A DNA stretch of 64,000 bases from NCBI GenBank assembly GCA_950097015.1, contig CATNEN010000025.1, positions 8,246,001 to 8,310,000 of the forward strand, in the 5' to 3' direction. Below are positions 13,180-26,670 of this stretch, piece by piece. The notes under the pieces were generated by a model. The model ran no database searches and was not told the DNA's origin. It was given only the letters and a program-made list of their open reading frames with translations. This DNA comes from Macrostomum hystrix. Its lineage: Eukaryota; Animalia; Platyhelminthes. The number at the start of each line of letters is the position of its first letter. Position 1 is the first letter of the stretch. A program made the translations under genes and the position numbers.

Positions 13180-14150
13180 TCCTTCTCCTCTGGTTACTTC
13201 CCTATCCATTCTCCCCTTCCTCTGGTTCGTTCTCTATCCATTCTCCCCTTCCTTTGGTTCGTTCTCTATCCATTCTCCCCCTCCTCTGGTTTACTTCCCT
13301 CTCCATTCTCCCCCTCCTCTGGTTTACTTCCCTCTCCATTCTCCCCCTCCTCTGGTTTACTTCCCTATCCATTCTCCCCCTCCTCTGGTTCCTTACCTAT
13401 CCATTCTCCCTCTTCTGGTTACTTCCCTATCCATTCTCCCCCTCCTCTGGTTTACTTCCCTCTCCATTCTCCCCCTCCTCTGGTTTACTTCCCTCTCCAT
13501 TCTCCCCCTCCTCTGGTTTACTTCCCTATCCATTCTCCCCCTCCTCTGGTTCCTTACCTATCCATTCTCCCTCTTCTGGTTACTTCCCTATCCATTCTCC
13601 CCCTCCTCTGGTTACTTCCCTATCCATTCTCCTCTTCCTCTGGTTACTTCCCTCTCCATTCTCCCCCTCCTCTGGTTTACTTCCCTCTCCATTCTCCCCC
13701 TCCTCTGGTTTACTTCCCTATCCATTCTCCCCTCCTCTGGTTCCTTACCTATCCATTCTCCCTCTTCTGGTTACTTCCCTATCCATTCTCCCCCTCCTCT
13801 GGTTACTTCCCTATCCATTCTCCCCTTCCTCTGGTTACTTCCCTATCCATTCTCCCTCTTCTGGTTACTTCCCTATCCATTCTCCCCCTCCTCTGGTTAC
13901 TTCCCTATCCATTCTCCCCTTCCTCTGGTTACTTCCCTATCAATTCTCCCCCTCCTCTGGTTACTTCCCTATCCATTCTCCCCCTCCTCTGGTTACTTCC
14001 CTATCCATTCTCCCCTTCCTCTGGTTACTTCCCTATCAATTCTCCCCCTCCTCTGGTTACTTCCCTATCCATTCTCCCCTTCCTCTGGTTACCTTCCTCT
14101 CCATTCTCCCCCTCCTCTGGTTCCTTACCTATCCATTCTCCCCCTCCCCT
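13180..14150. repeat. Pyrimidine-rich minisatellite, ~31-32 bp unit, ~30 copies
   Basis: TTCCCTATCCATTCTCCCCCTCCTCTGGTTAC. Confidence 0.97.
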
Positions 14151-14729
14151 GTTTTCCTCCAGAATCAATCAATCAATCAATCAGGCGATAATTTGATCAA
14201 ACAATCAGTAGGGCATCCATCCAAAAGGCCGTCAATGCAACTCAAGCTGAGTATCTGGGCATTGAATAGGCATAAATAAAATGGGAGGCCAGTCGCCTCT
14301 GTGCCTCTGGCATGCAGTTTTATTGAGGAGACAGCACTGCAGGGCAGCTAATTTTTATTCTCAATCTCGCATTTTTTAATTAATCCGAAATCGCCGAACC
14401 GGCGGCCCTCATCTGCCGGCGTGGGGAGGGTGGGATCAGCATCCTCACTGCGGGCTGCTCAGTTCCAGAAAATGTATGATTAGAATTTTCCATTTATGAG
14501 TCTAGATCGCTCCCCTCAACTCGCCTGGGCTTGACACGCGATGGTCGATGTTAAAACAAAAACTAAGAAAATTGGCATTAAATACGCAGAAATGAGACTG
14601 GGATCAATGCCCGGAGGGCGCAGTGGCGTTGGTATACCCCGGATCTGGGATCAAATCAGAAGATTATGCTCCGTAGCGGAAGTGCTCGGAGTCGGAACGG
14701 CTTAATAAGTTTTCCAGGACAGTTTTCCA

Positions 14730-15375
14730 GACAGGGGAGAGATGAGATATGGGAGAGATTAGACAGGGGAGAGATGAGACTGGGGAGAGATTAGACAAGG
14801 GAGAGATGAGACGGGGGAGAGATTAAACAGGGGAGAGATTAGACAGGGGAGAGATGAGACAGGGGAGAGATTAGACAAGGGAGAGATAAAACGGGGGAGT
14901 GAAAAGTCAGGGGAGAGATGAGACATAGGAGAGATGAGACAGGGGAGAGATTGGACAGGGGAGAGATTAGACAGGGGAGAGATGAGACAGGGGAGAGATT
15001 AGACAAGGGAGAGATAAAACGGGGGAGTGAAAAGTCAGGGGAGAGATGAGACATAGGAGAGATGAGACAGGGGAGAGATTAGACAGGGAGTGAAGAGGCA
15101 GCGGAGAGATGAGACAGGGGAGAGATTGGACAGGGGAGAGATTAGACAGGGGAGAGATGAGACAGGGGAGAGATTAGACAAGGGAGTGATAAAACGGGGG
15201 AGTGAAAAGTCAGGGGAGAGATGAGACATAGGAGAGATGAGACAGGGGAGAGATTAGACAGGGAGTGAAGAGGCAGCGGAGAGATGAGACAGGGGAGAGA
15301 TTAGACAAGGCAGAGATTAGACAGGGAAAGATTAGACAGAGGAGAGATTAGAAAGGGGAGAGATGAAGCAAGTGA
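14730..15375. repeat. Purine-rich minisatellite, ~17 bp unit
   Basis: GGGGAGAGATGAGACA / GGGAGAGATTAGACAG units; same family as 19875-20675. Confidence 0.95.
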
Positions 15376-15754
15376 GAGAGAGGTCACGGATATGGTAGTG
15401 TGTTTTTGAAGGAGCCGGTAGGAAGAACAAGAACACCAAATGAAACAAAATATGATTTACTTAAAAAAACGAATGCGTGTACCTTTCACAAATGAAGGCC
15501 GTGGTAATTATTCCAATCTGGGAGAAAAACTGTATACGAAGAGCCTTTCAGATGAAAGGTCTGAATTTACGAAGAGCTTCAGCCCCATTTGAGACTGACT
15601 TTGAGAAGGACTGCCTTGTGGGACTCATTAAAACGAAAAGAGAAGTAATGAAAGTTTCTTTCAAAATACTGAACCCGATGCCTGTCAGCTAGAGCGGACC
15701 CTCGATTTCAGTTTCAAGGGAAAGTTGAAGTCACATGCCGATCTCAGATTTCTT

Positions 15755-18072
15755 ATCAATCTTCTCACAGATTTCTTATTAATCTTCTCACTGATTTCTT
15801 ATCAATCTTCTCACAGATTTCTTATCAATCTTCTCACTGATTTCTTATCAATCTGCTCACTGATTTCTTATCAATCTTCTCACTGATTTCTTATCAATCT
15901 TCTCACTGATTTCTTATCAATCTTCTCACTGATTTCTTATCAATCTGCTCACTGATTTCTTATCAATCTTCTCACTGATTTCTTATCAATCTTCTCACTG
16001 ATTTCTTATCAATCTTCTCATAGATATGTTATCAATCTTCTCACAGATTTCTTATTAATCTTCTCACAGATTTCTTATCAATCTTCTCACAGATTTCTTA
16101 TCAATCTTCTCACTGATTTCTTATCAATCTTCTCACAGATTTCTTATCAATCTTCTCACAGATTTCTTATCAATCTTCTCACTGATTTCTTATTAATCTT
16201 CTCACTGATTTCTTATCAATCTTCTCACAGATTTCTTATCAATCTTCTCACTGATTTCTTATCAATCTTCTCACTGATTTCTTATCAATCTTCTCACAGA
16301 TTTCTTATCAATCTTCTCACAGATTTCTTATTAATCTTCTCACTGATTTCTTATCAATCTTCTCACTGATTTCTTATCAATCTTCTCACTGATTTCTTAT
16401 CAATCTTCTCACTGATTTCTTATCAATCTGCTCACTGATTTCTTATCAATCTTCTCACTGATTTCTTATCAATCTTCTCACTGATTTCTTATCAATCTTC
16501 TCACTGATTTCTTATCAATCTTCTCACTGATTTCTTATCAATCTTCTCACTGATTTCTTATCAATCTGCTCACTGATTTCTTATCAATCTTCTCACTGAT
16601 TTCTTATCAATCTTCTCACTGATTTCTTATCAATCTTCTCACTGATTTCTTATCAATCTTCTCCCTGATTTCTTATCAATCTTCTCCCTGATTTCTTATC
16701 AATCTTCTCACTGATTTCTTATCAATCTGCTCACTGATTTCTTATCAATCTTCTCACTGATTTCTTATCAATCTTCTCACTGATTTCTTATCAATCTTCT
16801 CACAGATTTCTTATCAATCTTCTCACAGATTTCTTATCAATCTTCTCACTGATTTCTTATCAATCTTCTCACTGATTTCTTATCAATCTTCTCCCTGATT
16901 TCTTATCAATCTTCTCACTGATTTCTTATCAATCTGCTCACTGATTTCTTATCAATCTGCTCACTGATTTCTTATCAATCTTCTCACTGATTTCTTATCA
17001 ATCTTCTCACTGATTTCTTATCAATCTTCTCACAGATTTCTTATCAATCTTCTCACAGATTTCTTATCAATCTTCTCACAGATTTCTTATCAATCTTCTC
17101 CCTGATTTCTTATCAATCTTCTCCCTGATTTCTTATCAATCTTCTCACTGATTTCTTATCAATCTGCTCACTGATTTCTTATCAATCTTCTCACTGATTT
17201 CTTATCAATCTTCTCACTGATTTCTTATCAATCTTCTCACTGATTTCTTATCAATCTTCTCACTGATTTCTTATCAATCTTCTCACAGATTTCTTATCAA
17301 TCTTCTCCCTGATTTCTTATCAATCTTCTCCCTGATTTCTTATCAATCTTCTCACTGATTTCTTATCAATCTGCTCACTGATTTCTTATCAATCTTCTCA
17401 CTGATTTCTTATCAATCTTCTCACTGATTTCTTATCAATCTTCTCACAGATTTCTTATCAATCTTCTCACAGATTTCTTATCAATCTTCTCACTGATTTC
17501 TTATCAATCTTCTCACAGATTTCTTATCAATCTTCTCACAGATTTCTTATCAATCTTCTCACTGATTTCTTATCAATCTTCTCCCTGATTTCTTATCAAT
17601 CTTCTCCCTGATTTCTTATCAATCTTCTCACTGATTTCTTATCAATCTGCTCACTGATTTCTTATCAATCTTCTCACTGATTTCTTATCAATCTTCTCAC
17701 TGATTTCTTATCAATCTTCTCACAGATTTCTTATCAATCTTCTCACAGATTTCTTATCAATCTTCTCACTGATTTCTTATCAATCTTCTCACAGATTTCT
17801 TATCAATCTTCTCACAGATTTCTTATCAATCTTCTCACTGATTTCTTATCAATCTTCTCCCTGATTTCTTATCAATCTTCTCACTGATTTCTTATCAATC
17901 TGCTCACTGATTTCTTATCAATCTTCTCACTGATTTCTTATCAATCTTCTCACTGATTTCTTATCAATCTTCTCACTGATTTCTTATCAATCTTCTCACA
18001 GATTTCTTATCAATCTTCTCACAGATTTCTTATCAATCTTCTCACAGATTTCTTATCAATCTTCTCACAGAT
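15755..18072. repeat. 23 bp minisatellite, ~100 highly homogeneous copies
   Basis: CTGATTTCTTATCAATCTTCTCA. Confidence 0.99.
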
Positions 18073-18608
18073 CTGACAGTCTTCTCCGGAGTAACTTTCT
18101 TTCTTGCAAAGGCTACTTGGTTCATCAATCAGTATTTCAGCATCATAATTCGGCTAACAAACTAAAATAATTTATCCCTTTCGAGTCCGCATAGATCTGT
18201 TAGCCCATCTGGCTCTGATTTAGCTGGAATCCCCTTTGTCAAGCTGTGGGGCCATTATATCAAAGTGAGGATACAAACCCACCGATCTGCATCCCATTGC
18301 ATCCTTTCCAACTATTTTTTATATCATTCTCCCAGACTGACCCTCCCGTGTCGTTTTTTTGTTAGAATATTAGCTTTGATGACGCAATAGTGAATGCAAA
18401 TGGACTGGGGCGGCTGGCCTTACAAAAGCAGGAGATCTAAATTCCGCCCCAGGCAATTTGGGAAGCTTTAAAAATGGCGCAGGAGTTGGGAACAGAAAGG
18501 TGCCGACGTGGGGATTTGGAAGTCTCACTGATTTATTCATTCTAGCGCGCATTTTTAGAGGCCGATTGTATTCAAAAGAATGCTTCCTGAACTGAGATAT
18601 CGATTTTC

Positions 18609-19125
18609 CAAACTGAGAGATAATGTTCGAACTGAGGGGATAATGTTTAAACTCAGGGGATAATGTTCAAACTTAGGGAATAATGTTCAAACTCAGGGGG
18701 ATAATGTTCAAACTCAGGGGATAATGTTCAAACTGAGAGGATAATGTTCAAACTCAGGGGATAATGTTCAAACTGAGAGGATAATGTTCTAACTGAGGGG
18801 ATAATGTTCTAACTGAGGGGATAATGTTCAAACTCAGGGGGATAATGTTCTAACTGAGGGGATAATGTTCAAACTGAGAGGATAATGTTCAAACTGAGGG
18901 GATAATGTTCAAACTGAGAGGATAATGTTCAAACTGAGAGGATAATGTTCTAACTGAGGGGATAATGTTCAAACTAAGAGGATAATGTTCAAACTAAGAG
19001 GATAATGTTCAAACTGAGAGGATAATGTTCAAACTGAGAGGATAATGTTCAAACTAAGAGGATAATGTTCAAACTGAGAGGATAATGTTCAAACTGAGAG
19101 GATAATGTTTAAATTGAGGGGTAAT
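18609..19125. repeat. 20 bp minisatellite, ~25 copies
   Basis: GATAATGTTCAAACTGAGAG. Confidence 0.97.
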
Positions 19126-19874
19126 TTTCATCTGCCGGTGCAGATTCTTAAACGAAATTCTTAGTTTTTTTTACCTACAATCAAGACAAGTGCTTAGTTC
19201 CACTTAGATTAAATTTGACCCAATTGCAAGTCAGGTGTCAAATGTCACATACGTGGCCATATTACGCCCATATAAATAGTAGGAGATTTCTTGAAGTGGT
19301 GAGTAGGCTTCTTTTGCCGAGTAGAAACAATTCACTAAGTTGCTTCTCACTCTCTGCCACATTTCTAAAATCCTTCTCCAACTAAGCCACTTCACAATGC
19401 CGGACCCCACACAACATGCGACATTATTGCAGTCACGGAATGCCTAATAATAATAATACTAGAAGCATATGATACATATAGTATACCAACTCCGGCTTTG
19501 ACTATAATATGAATAAGCTTAACTCCGCCCAGTCAGCTGTGCCGTGAATAGGGGCCGGGTGCTCAGGTCCTGAGGCCGGCAGGGGGGACTCTCTCCTGAT
19601 TGCAGTTCCGTAAGCAGGGAGCGGAGGGCGAGCTGAGGATCTCGCTTCTGTGGCAGCAACAGTCCTACAAAGCCCTACAAAGTCCCGTGGGAGAAATGCA
19701 TTGAAAGCAATTGTATGGAGTGGAGCAAAGAATTGTTGAAGTGAATTGCGACTTTATAACGAATTGCTAAGTGTAAGGCAATTGCAGAGAATATACTCGT
19801 AGAGTTATAGCGATGGCTGTGACTATTAGTGTAGAACACAGTCGGCCAACTTTGATACTTCTGGTATCAAAGAC

Positions 19875-20675
19875 AGGAGAGAGATGAGACAGGGAGAGAT
19901 GAGGCAGCGAGAGATGAGACACGGGAGAGATGAGACACGGGAGAGATGAGGCAGCGAGAGATGAGACACGGGAGAGATGAGACACAGGAGATGAGACACA
20001 GGAGAGATGAGACACGGGAGAGATGAGACACGGGAGAGATGAGACGGGAGATGAGATGGGGTGAAGACACAGGGGAGGGATGAGACGGGAGATGAGATGG
20101 GGTGAAGACACAGGGGGAGGGATGAGACGGGAGATGAGATGGGGTGAAGACACAGGGGAGGGATGAGACGGGAGATGAGATGGGGTGAAGACACAGGGGA
20201 GGGATGAGACAGGGGAGAGATGAGACACGGGAGAGATGAGACGGGAGATGAGATGGGGTGAAGACACAGGGGAGGGATGAGACGGGAGATGAGATGGGGT
20301 GAAGACACAGGGGAGGGATGAGACGGGAGATGAGATGGGGTGAAGACACAGGGGAGGGATGAGACGGGAGATGAGATGGGGTGAAGACACAGGGGAGGGA
20401 TGAGACAGGGGAGAAATGTGACAGGAGAGTGAAGACACAGGCGAGAGATGAGACAGGAGAGTGAAGACACAGGCGAGAGATGAGACAGGAGAGTGAAGAC
20501 ACAGGGGAGAGATGAGACAGGAGAGTGAAGACACAGGCGAGAGATGAGACAGGAGAGTGAAGACACAGGGGAGAGATGAGACAGGAGAGTGAAGACACAG
20601 GGGAGAGATGAGACAGGAGAGTAAGACACAGGGGAGAGATGAGACAGGAGAGTGAAGACACAGTGGAGAGATGAA
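19875..20675. repeat. Compound purine-rich minisatellite
   Basis: GGAGAGATGAGACA core plus longer GAGATGAGATGGGGTGAAGACACAGGGGAGGGATGAGACGG units. Confidence 0.95.
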
Positions 20676-21321
20676 ATCGGGGCATGCGGTAGGAACTATA
20701 AAGATAATTTACAGTGAGAATGCCCAGATAATGCTATACAATAGCTGATTTACACAGGGAGTCAGCAAGTGCAGAGTCTAGGCTAGGCAGATTGTGATGG
20801 CTTATAGAGAGTATCCGGATCCGATGGCATCATGAATTATTGACGGCAGCTTTGACCTGCGGGTCCCCCATAGCCCCACTCACTCAACTAGTATCTCATT
20901 CCTAGTCCTGTCTGAGCTGAATTCTCGCTGGGTTGAGTCCTTGGCCGCGGGGATGAGGCCATGTTTAGGAGGTGGAGAGGATTTGGTTGGCAGACTCAGC
21001 GTGTGTGTGACTCAGTCGGATTGAACGAATCAGCCAAAGTCACAGCAGCAGCAGCAGCCGCACATCCGTTATGCCCTGCTTCTACAGAATGGAGCTGAAT
21101 GGCTCTTGGAGTGATTAGGAATAAACACAATTCCCATTGGCTTTGTCTTTTCCTCTATTTTTTCTGACTGAATTGACAGTATTATTAGCAATGTCAGGCT
21201 AAAAAAAGTGAAATGAAAATTGCATTGCGTTGGGTTGAACCTGCTGGAATTGTTTTATGATCAACTGGAACTACGAGTATTTACTAAGCTTTTCGCTTGG
21301 AGTAAGTTGAAGAACCGGGCG

Positions 21322-21385
21322 AGTGGGTCAGCGGCTAGCGTCGCTGCCTCGCACTCCAATGGACGCTAGTTCGAATCTCCCTTCA
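21322..21385 (+). mobile_element. tRNA-like SINE head
   Basis: A-box-like GTGGGTCAGCGG and B-box GTTCGAATC; no complete cloverleaf. Confidence 0.45.
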
Positions 21386-21419
21386 AGTCACGATTAATTT
21401 CGGGACCTGTTGGAGGGTT

Positions 21420-21890
21420 TGGACAGTAGCGACCGGCGGAGGTGCACCATATTTCGTGCAATCAAAGCTTGAAATAATAGCTTCGCTCCTACCTTCTGTG
21501 TGCCTGTTCTGCGTTGTGTGAGTTGTGTGCGTTGGCGCTGGGGCGTGAGGGGGTGGCTGGGGCGGGTGTACACCGCCGCGCGCTTTCTGGATTTCCGTCA
21601 GCGCGATTGGATAAGTGTACACTCATCACCCGGCCCACCCCTGAGGACTGATTTCTTATCAGCCTTCCACCCCGGCTTGATCTGCTCTGTGCGTGTGGGG
21701 CTGGGGTGGGGGGGCACTGCTGCCTATTCTGGGTGCCTTCTGCCCTCCTGGCTGGTCTGTGCTGCTGTGTGTGGTGCCTGCTCAGGGGAGGCGGCGCGAT
21801 GCGCCTAGTTCGCCGGTGTGGGGGGGTGCCGCTCCGTCGCTTGTGCGACAAGTGCCCCGGGCCCCCTGCAAATAGATAGATAGATAGAGA
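21420..21890 (+). mobile_element. Degenerate 3' end of a non-LTR retrotransposon (I/Nimb-like)
   Basis: Frame-broken peptide LDKCTLITR..LCACGAG..PILGAFCP resembles the ORF2 C-terminal zinc knuckle. It ends in GGGCCCCCTGCAAA followed by a (TAGA)4 tail at 21873-21888. Confidence 0.45.
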
Positions 21891-21989
21891 AGTTGAAGAA
21901 CCATTATCCCAGTTGGATCCATCATTAATCTTCTTCCTCTTTGTCTGGGAGCAAGATAATTTATCCCAGTTCTAAAAATTAGGTTTGGT

Positions 21990-22095
21990 GTGGCGGCAAA
22001 CCAGTCCATGGACTGAACAGATGTAAGCAGCCTTTGGATGCGTCGCGTAATAAGCTGCGGATGCACCAGGGGCTTTAAATCTGGTACAGGACTTG
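21990..22095 (+). mobile_element. SINE-family 3' fragment with palindrome CAGTCCATGGACTG
   Basis: GTCCATGGACTGAACAGATGTA..TTTGGATGC is shared with 23060-23102; CCAGTCTATGGACTGAACAG also occurs at ~45835-45860. Confidence 0.55.
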
Positions 22096-22924
22096 GTTAA
22101 AGTATCATGTTGCGAGCGCTTATCCTTCCCAAATCAATATTTCTAAAAATAGCACAGAATGAATGCTATAGTTTAATGAAGCTTAAATAAATGGTTGCTA
22201 TTTTTAGAAAACCTTTAAATAGCGCTCTATTCGAATCACGTGACTCCAGCCATCAGCCAATCAGATTTCAAGAACCGATTTTGTAAACTTGGACGTGTTG
22301 TATTGCCTCGTTTATATTTATAAAACTACAGTCAACTGCTGATGCGCTTTCTCACATCAATCAAATTTTCATAATTCACCGACAACTAGAAAAAATATTT
22401 AGCAAAGTCACACAATGAAGCTAAGGCTCCTATCCTGTGTCTGGTTCAATCGCATTACTCAAACACAGCAGCCGCTTGTAGCTTATTTTGAAATCGTTGT
22501 GCAAGCGAAAAAAAATTTCTTAGCCACTTTCTAGAAGATTTTTCCCACAATTTGCGGCCACTAATTTATAAGAAGAATATTTTGTTAAACAGAAATGTCG
22601 GCATCGAGGCCATGCATGCACACACTCATGCACACACATATATACTCGTATATATGTGTGTTGAGAGCAAGGTGGCTACAAACGAGAAGTTGCTAGGCTG
22701 TATAGCTAACTGCTATGCATTTAGGTCGTATAACTCCATAACTATATCTTTCGTATTGATAGAATAGAATCGCTTCGAATTGCGCATAAACCATATTATT
22801 TCAGACGACAAATCTAGAATAAATTTCCGTCACAATTTTCTTCTTTTCCCGTGACAATCTGAACGAAAACTTTATAAATCGGTATAGGGACATTATTTAA
22901 AATTTCACAACTATAAATAAGATA

Positions 22925-23105
22925 GGATGGCTGATTGTTACATAGTGGCTAGAAGGTCCGGGGTTCGATTCCCGACTCAATCTGTGTCCTTGAGCAAGAC
23001 ACTTAAACTCTGCATTGTTTCAGCTCACCCAGCTGTTAAATGGGTACCAGCATTCTGTTCTGTCCATGGACTGAACAGATGTATACAAAGCATTTGGATG
23101 CCAGT
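22925..23105 (+). mobile_element. tRNA-derived SINE with CORE-like domain
   Basis: B-box GGTTCGATTCCC, then TGTGTCCTTGAGCAAGACACTTAAAC...CCCAGCTGTTAAATGGGTACC, similar to the CORE motif of MIR-type SINEs. Confidence 0.75.
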
Positions 23106-25718
23106 GACTGTACATTTTCGAGTCGATCGATAACACCGGAACTCGTGGGGAAACGGTCAATTTGAGTACGGTTGAGGATAATAATTCGAAAAAGCACCCT
23201 GAAGGATGCAACAATTTGGACTGCTCACCCAGCAGCGCCACACAGATGGCTGCAGCCACTCGGTCATTCTGCAGATTCTCCAAATCCCAGCTACGCCTCA
23301 TCACCTCTCGCTGGCTCATCCGCTGCAGCCTCCCAAGAAATATATTCTTCCCTATTATGGGCAAAGTTCGAGTTATCTGTCTTCCTCAATCTCGACGGAG
23401 TTTGGGGGGCAGTTGGGACGGTATGAGCTGGACTAAATCAGCTTTGAGGCGAAATTTAATTTCCTTCAGATTTTTTTCTCCTCTCCTCGGCTCACCGGCG
23501 TGCCTCTTCAGCTTCCATAAACCCCCCTCCGCCGCCACCCCCCGGCTGGCTCGCATAGCCGAGACTGAGAAAAATATCTCCTCCGACTGACGCTTGGCAG
23601 AGGTGCCCGGCCTGCTCATGTGAGATAGGCCATGTTTTTTTGGAGGGGAGCACCGAAATGGATTAGACTTTTTTTATCTCCTCCTCCCCCCTATACTCAT
23701 CTACCACTGACTCTCCGACTCATTGTAGGCCTAACTAGAATTCATTCATTGCGGATCAATAAATACGGTCAGCGAGTGGCGAGACAAGTTTTTTTTCTTG
23801 GAGAGGCGTTTTGATGGAAAAAAAATTACGGAGGGAATATGAAATTGCCTGGCGGAAGGAATGAGTAGATATTCTTATAGATCTACAGACAATTGCATCG
23901 GCCCCTGGTGACGCTGATTCTTTCCACTGGCTAGAATTAAAACGATTATAGCCATAGACAAAAACGCGACGCAGAACAAAATCTGGCACACCAAGCAAGA
24001 AATTAATCATTTAAAAGGAGTCCGTAGTCTATGGTAGATCTGTGGGATAGATAACTAGGATAGGAGAAAAATGAATAGTCAATAGGGACTCTGATTAGGA
24101 TTCAATACACTCATAGCTGAGGCTGTAGCATGACTAGCAATAGAAGAATAGATTAGATTTGAAATTTGATTCCTACAGACACACTCACACACACACCCTA
24201 TAGCAAGCAAGCTAGGAGAAGTCGCCACACGCGGCGCCGTAAATCACATCGGGCAATTACAACGCCGGGCACACACACGCGCCAGAGAGGCAGACAGAGA
24301 CGGAGCGGAGACTGCTACAGCAAAGAGCATCCGGCGCAGGTCAGGTGAGTGAAAAATAATAAAATACGCTACCGTCAGACTGCAGAACCCACGGCAAAAG
24401 CAGGAGAAGGAAATGCGGAATGACAGACGGAGGGCGGAGGTCGGATGGCTGAAAGCAGCAAGATTAGCCCGAAAGTTATGTTAGGATGGCCCTGGCCAGA
24501 AGTGAAATACAAGCGCCGGCACGACAGGGCAGACAGGCAGAAGCGAGTTGCAATTTTATTTCTCTGCATGTGCTTTTGGCACTGGGCAATGGCTGAGCTG
24601 TTCTGCAATACCCATTGTCTGACTTTTGATGGCTTGGCCGTGTTTTGATAACATTCATGGCTTAGTATAGCAACTGAGGCTGCCTGTTTGCATGTGAGCT
24701 TCTTTTCCTATAATCTTCTTCTCTATTGTCTAACACTCACAAGGACGAGTAAGTTGCAAAATGAGCAAATCAAAAGCAGATAGTAGACGCGAAATATACA
24801 GAGAGCGGCTTAGCAGTCATTACTTATTTATTAGTTTACACATGAGTACCCGCAGACATTGTCAGAGAAAGAGAATTCTCAAAAAAGCTTTCAAAGTGTC
24901 AAACGCGGCTAGTGGCTCTCCGGAACTTGCTACACAGCTGGCCCCTTTAACCCTCCATTAACTGTTCCCAGCCATTAGAATGTAACCCTGACGCATTTCC
25001 TGTCAAATATCCTTAATATCCAATGCTGACAGCGCACGACGGCACACAAAGAGCGACAGAAGGGCCGGCTGGTCTTCAGTGCGTGTTTTTTTATGCTGCT
25101 GCCGCTTAAGCAGCGTGGAGCGAAAACTACTTCACACGGCGGGAGCGGCAGCAGCAGAAGCAGCGGCAGATGTCAGCAAGGCACGTAGAACAGTTATTTT
25201 AGGAAGGAATACGACATTAGAGCTATATACTACCAACAGTCCATAGCTGACTCACTTAATACAGCCAACATGGGCAAAGTCCTAAACAATAAAACACATT
25301 CAGGAGCTTATTTCCTAATCTGCTAATCTGTATAGGAATTTATTTCTGCCACAAACTAAATAAGGCATTCTCTTTGTTTATTGAAATTCAGCTTATACTC
25401 GTACGTAGTATGGCATGAGACACAGCTGCTATTCACCTATGTTGTGCGTTGCTGGTTCGTTTTGATGACAGAGAGAATATCTAATGGTCTCAGGGCTAGG
25501 GCTCGCCGCAATGTTCCTTGAGTTCGAATCCAAGATAAAAACAAACTGGAAGATTTCTGAATTCGGATTTAAAAGCAACCTGTTCTAACTTAGCATTAAC
25601 ACACAAAATCCCACAAAATCCAGAATTTTGCCAGCGGAAAAGCAACAAGGATTTATCCCGCATCAATCACAGTTGCTAGTTGCTATCGGTGAATCTTTTC
25701 GAAACTCAGATTGAAGAT

Positions 25719-25842
25719 GCAGAAATTCATGAAACGCAGAATTCGCTATTTAATTGAACTGCCACTATACTAAAAGAGTGGCAGAAATTCATGAAACGCA
25801 GAATTCGCTATTTAATTGAACTGCCACTATACTAAAAGAGAA
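25719..25842. repeat. 62 bp direct tandem duplication
   Basis: GCAGAAATTCATGAAACGCAGAATTCGCTATTTAATTGAACTGCCACTATACTAAAAGAG at 25719 and 25781. Confidence 0.95.
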
Positions 25843-26296
25843 TTTAGCAATTTCTGTATAGAAAATGTCTTTGAGGCGGAGAAGCCGACAAAATAATGTA
25901 GAAAAGCGAATTGAAAACAGAATCGCATGGTTAGGAATTCGATACGAACACAATTATCTGGGAGAATGCTGAGAAAACAACATTGATGATGTAATAGCAG
26001 CCATTTAGCTACAGTGAAAGGGGCTAAATTGCTTTCTTAGAAAAAAACGTTTGAGAACAGGTGAGTCGGCGGTGGGACTACCTGGAAAAGGCAGTATAAG
26101 GGAATCTATGGGGCCTGGATTCCTGGATCCTGGATTCCTTGCGTAGAAGATTTAATGTACCTATAAAACTATCTTACTCGAAGTGACAAAAAATCTGCTT
26201 ATACTATTAAAATAGAAATAGAAACAAGTTGTAAACATTGATGTAAATGTTGATTGGTACCGCTAGCTAAAAATAGTTGCTGGAAACTAGAGTAAA

Positions 26297-26670
26297 GCAG
26301 TGAGCTGGTTTCCAGTATAGCAGTGAGCTAGTTTCCAGTGAAGCAGTGAAAGCAGTGAGCTGGTTTCCAGTATAGCAGTGAGCTGGTTTCCAGTGAAGCA
26401 GTGAGCTGGTTTCCAGTATAGCAGTGAGCTAGTTTCCAGTGAAGCAGTGAAAGCAGTGAGCTGGTTTCCAGTATAGCAGTGAGCTGGTTTCCAGTGAAGC
26501 AGTGAAAGCAGTGAGCTGGTTTCCAGTGAAGCAGTGAAAGCAGTGAGCTGGTTTCCAGTGAAGCAGTGAAAGCAGTGAGCTGGTTTCCAGTGAAGCAGTG
26601 AAAGCAGTGAGCTGATTTCCAGTGAAGCAGTGAAAGCAGTGAGCTGGTTTCCAGTGAAGCAGTGAAAGCA
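26297..26670. repeat. Minisatellite, mixed 23/32 bp units
   Basis: GCAGTGAGCTGGTTTCCAGTGAA(GCAGTGAAA). Confidence 0.95.

Noticed and set aside
8183-20685. Long ORFs at 8183, 9268-10098, 13120-14279, 14839-15229 and 19767-20685
   Set aside because: They are by-products of stop-free minisatellite units, open in several frames or on both strands, with no domain content.
21322-21385. tRNA gene
   Set aside because: A/B-box-like motifs are present but no acceptor stem or cloverleaf; treated as a SINE head, like 2755 and 22925.
23020-23814. Cluster of short ORFs
   Set aside because: Overlapping ORFs on both strands with no recognisable motif or consistent splice phases.
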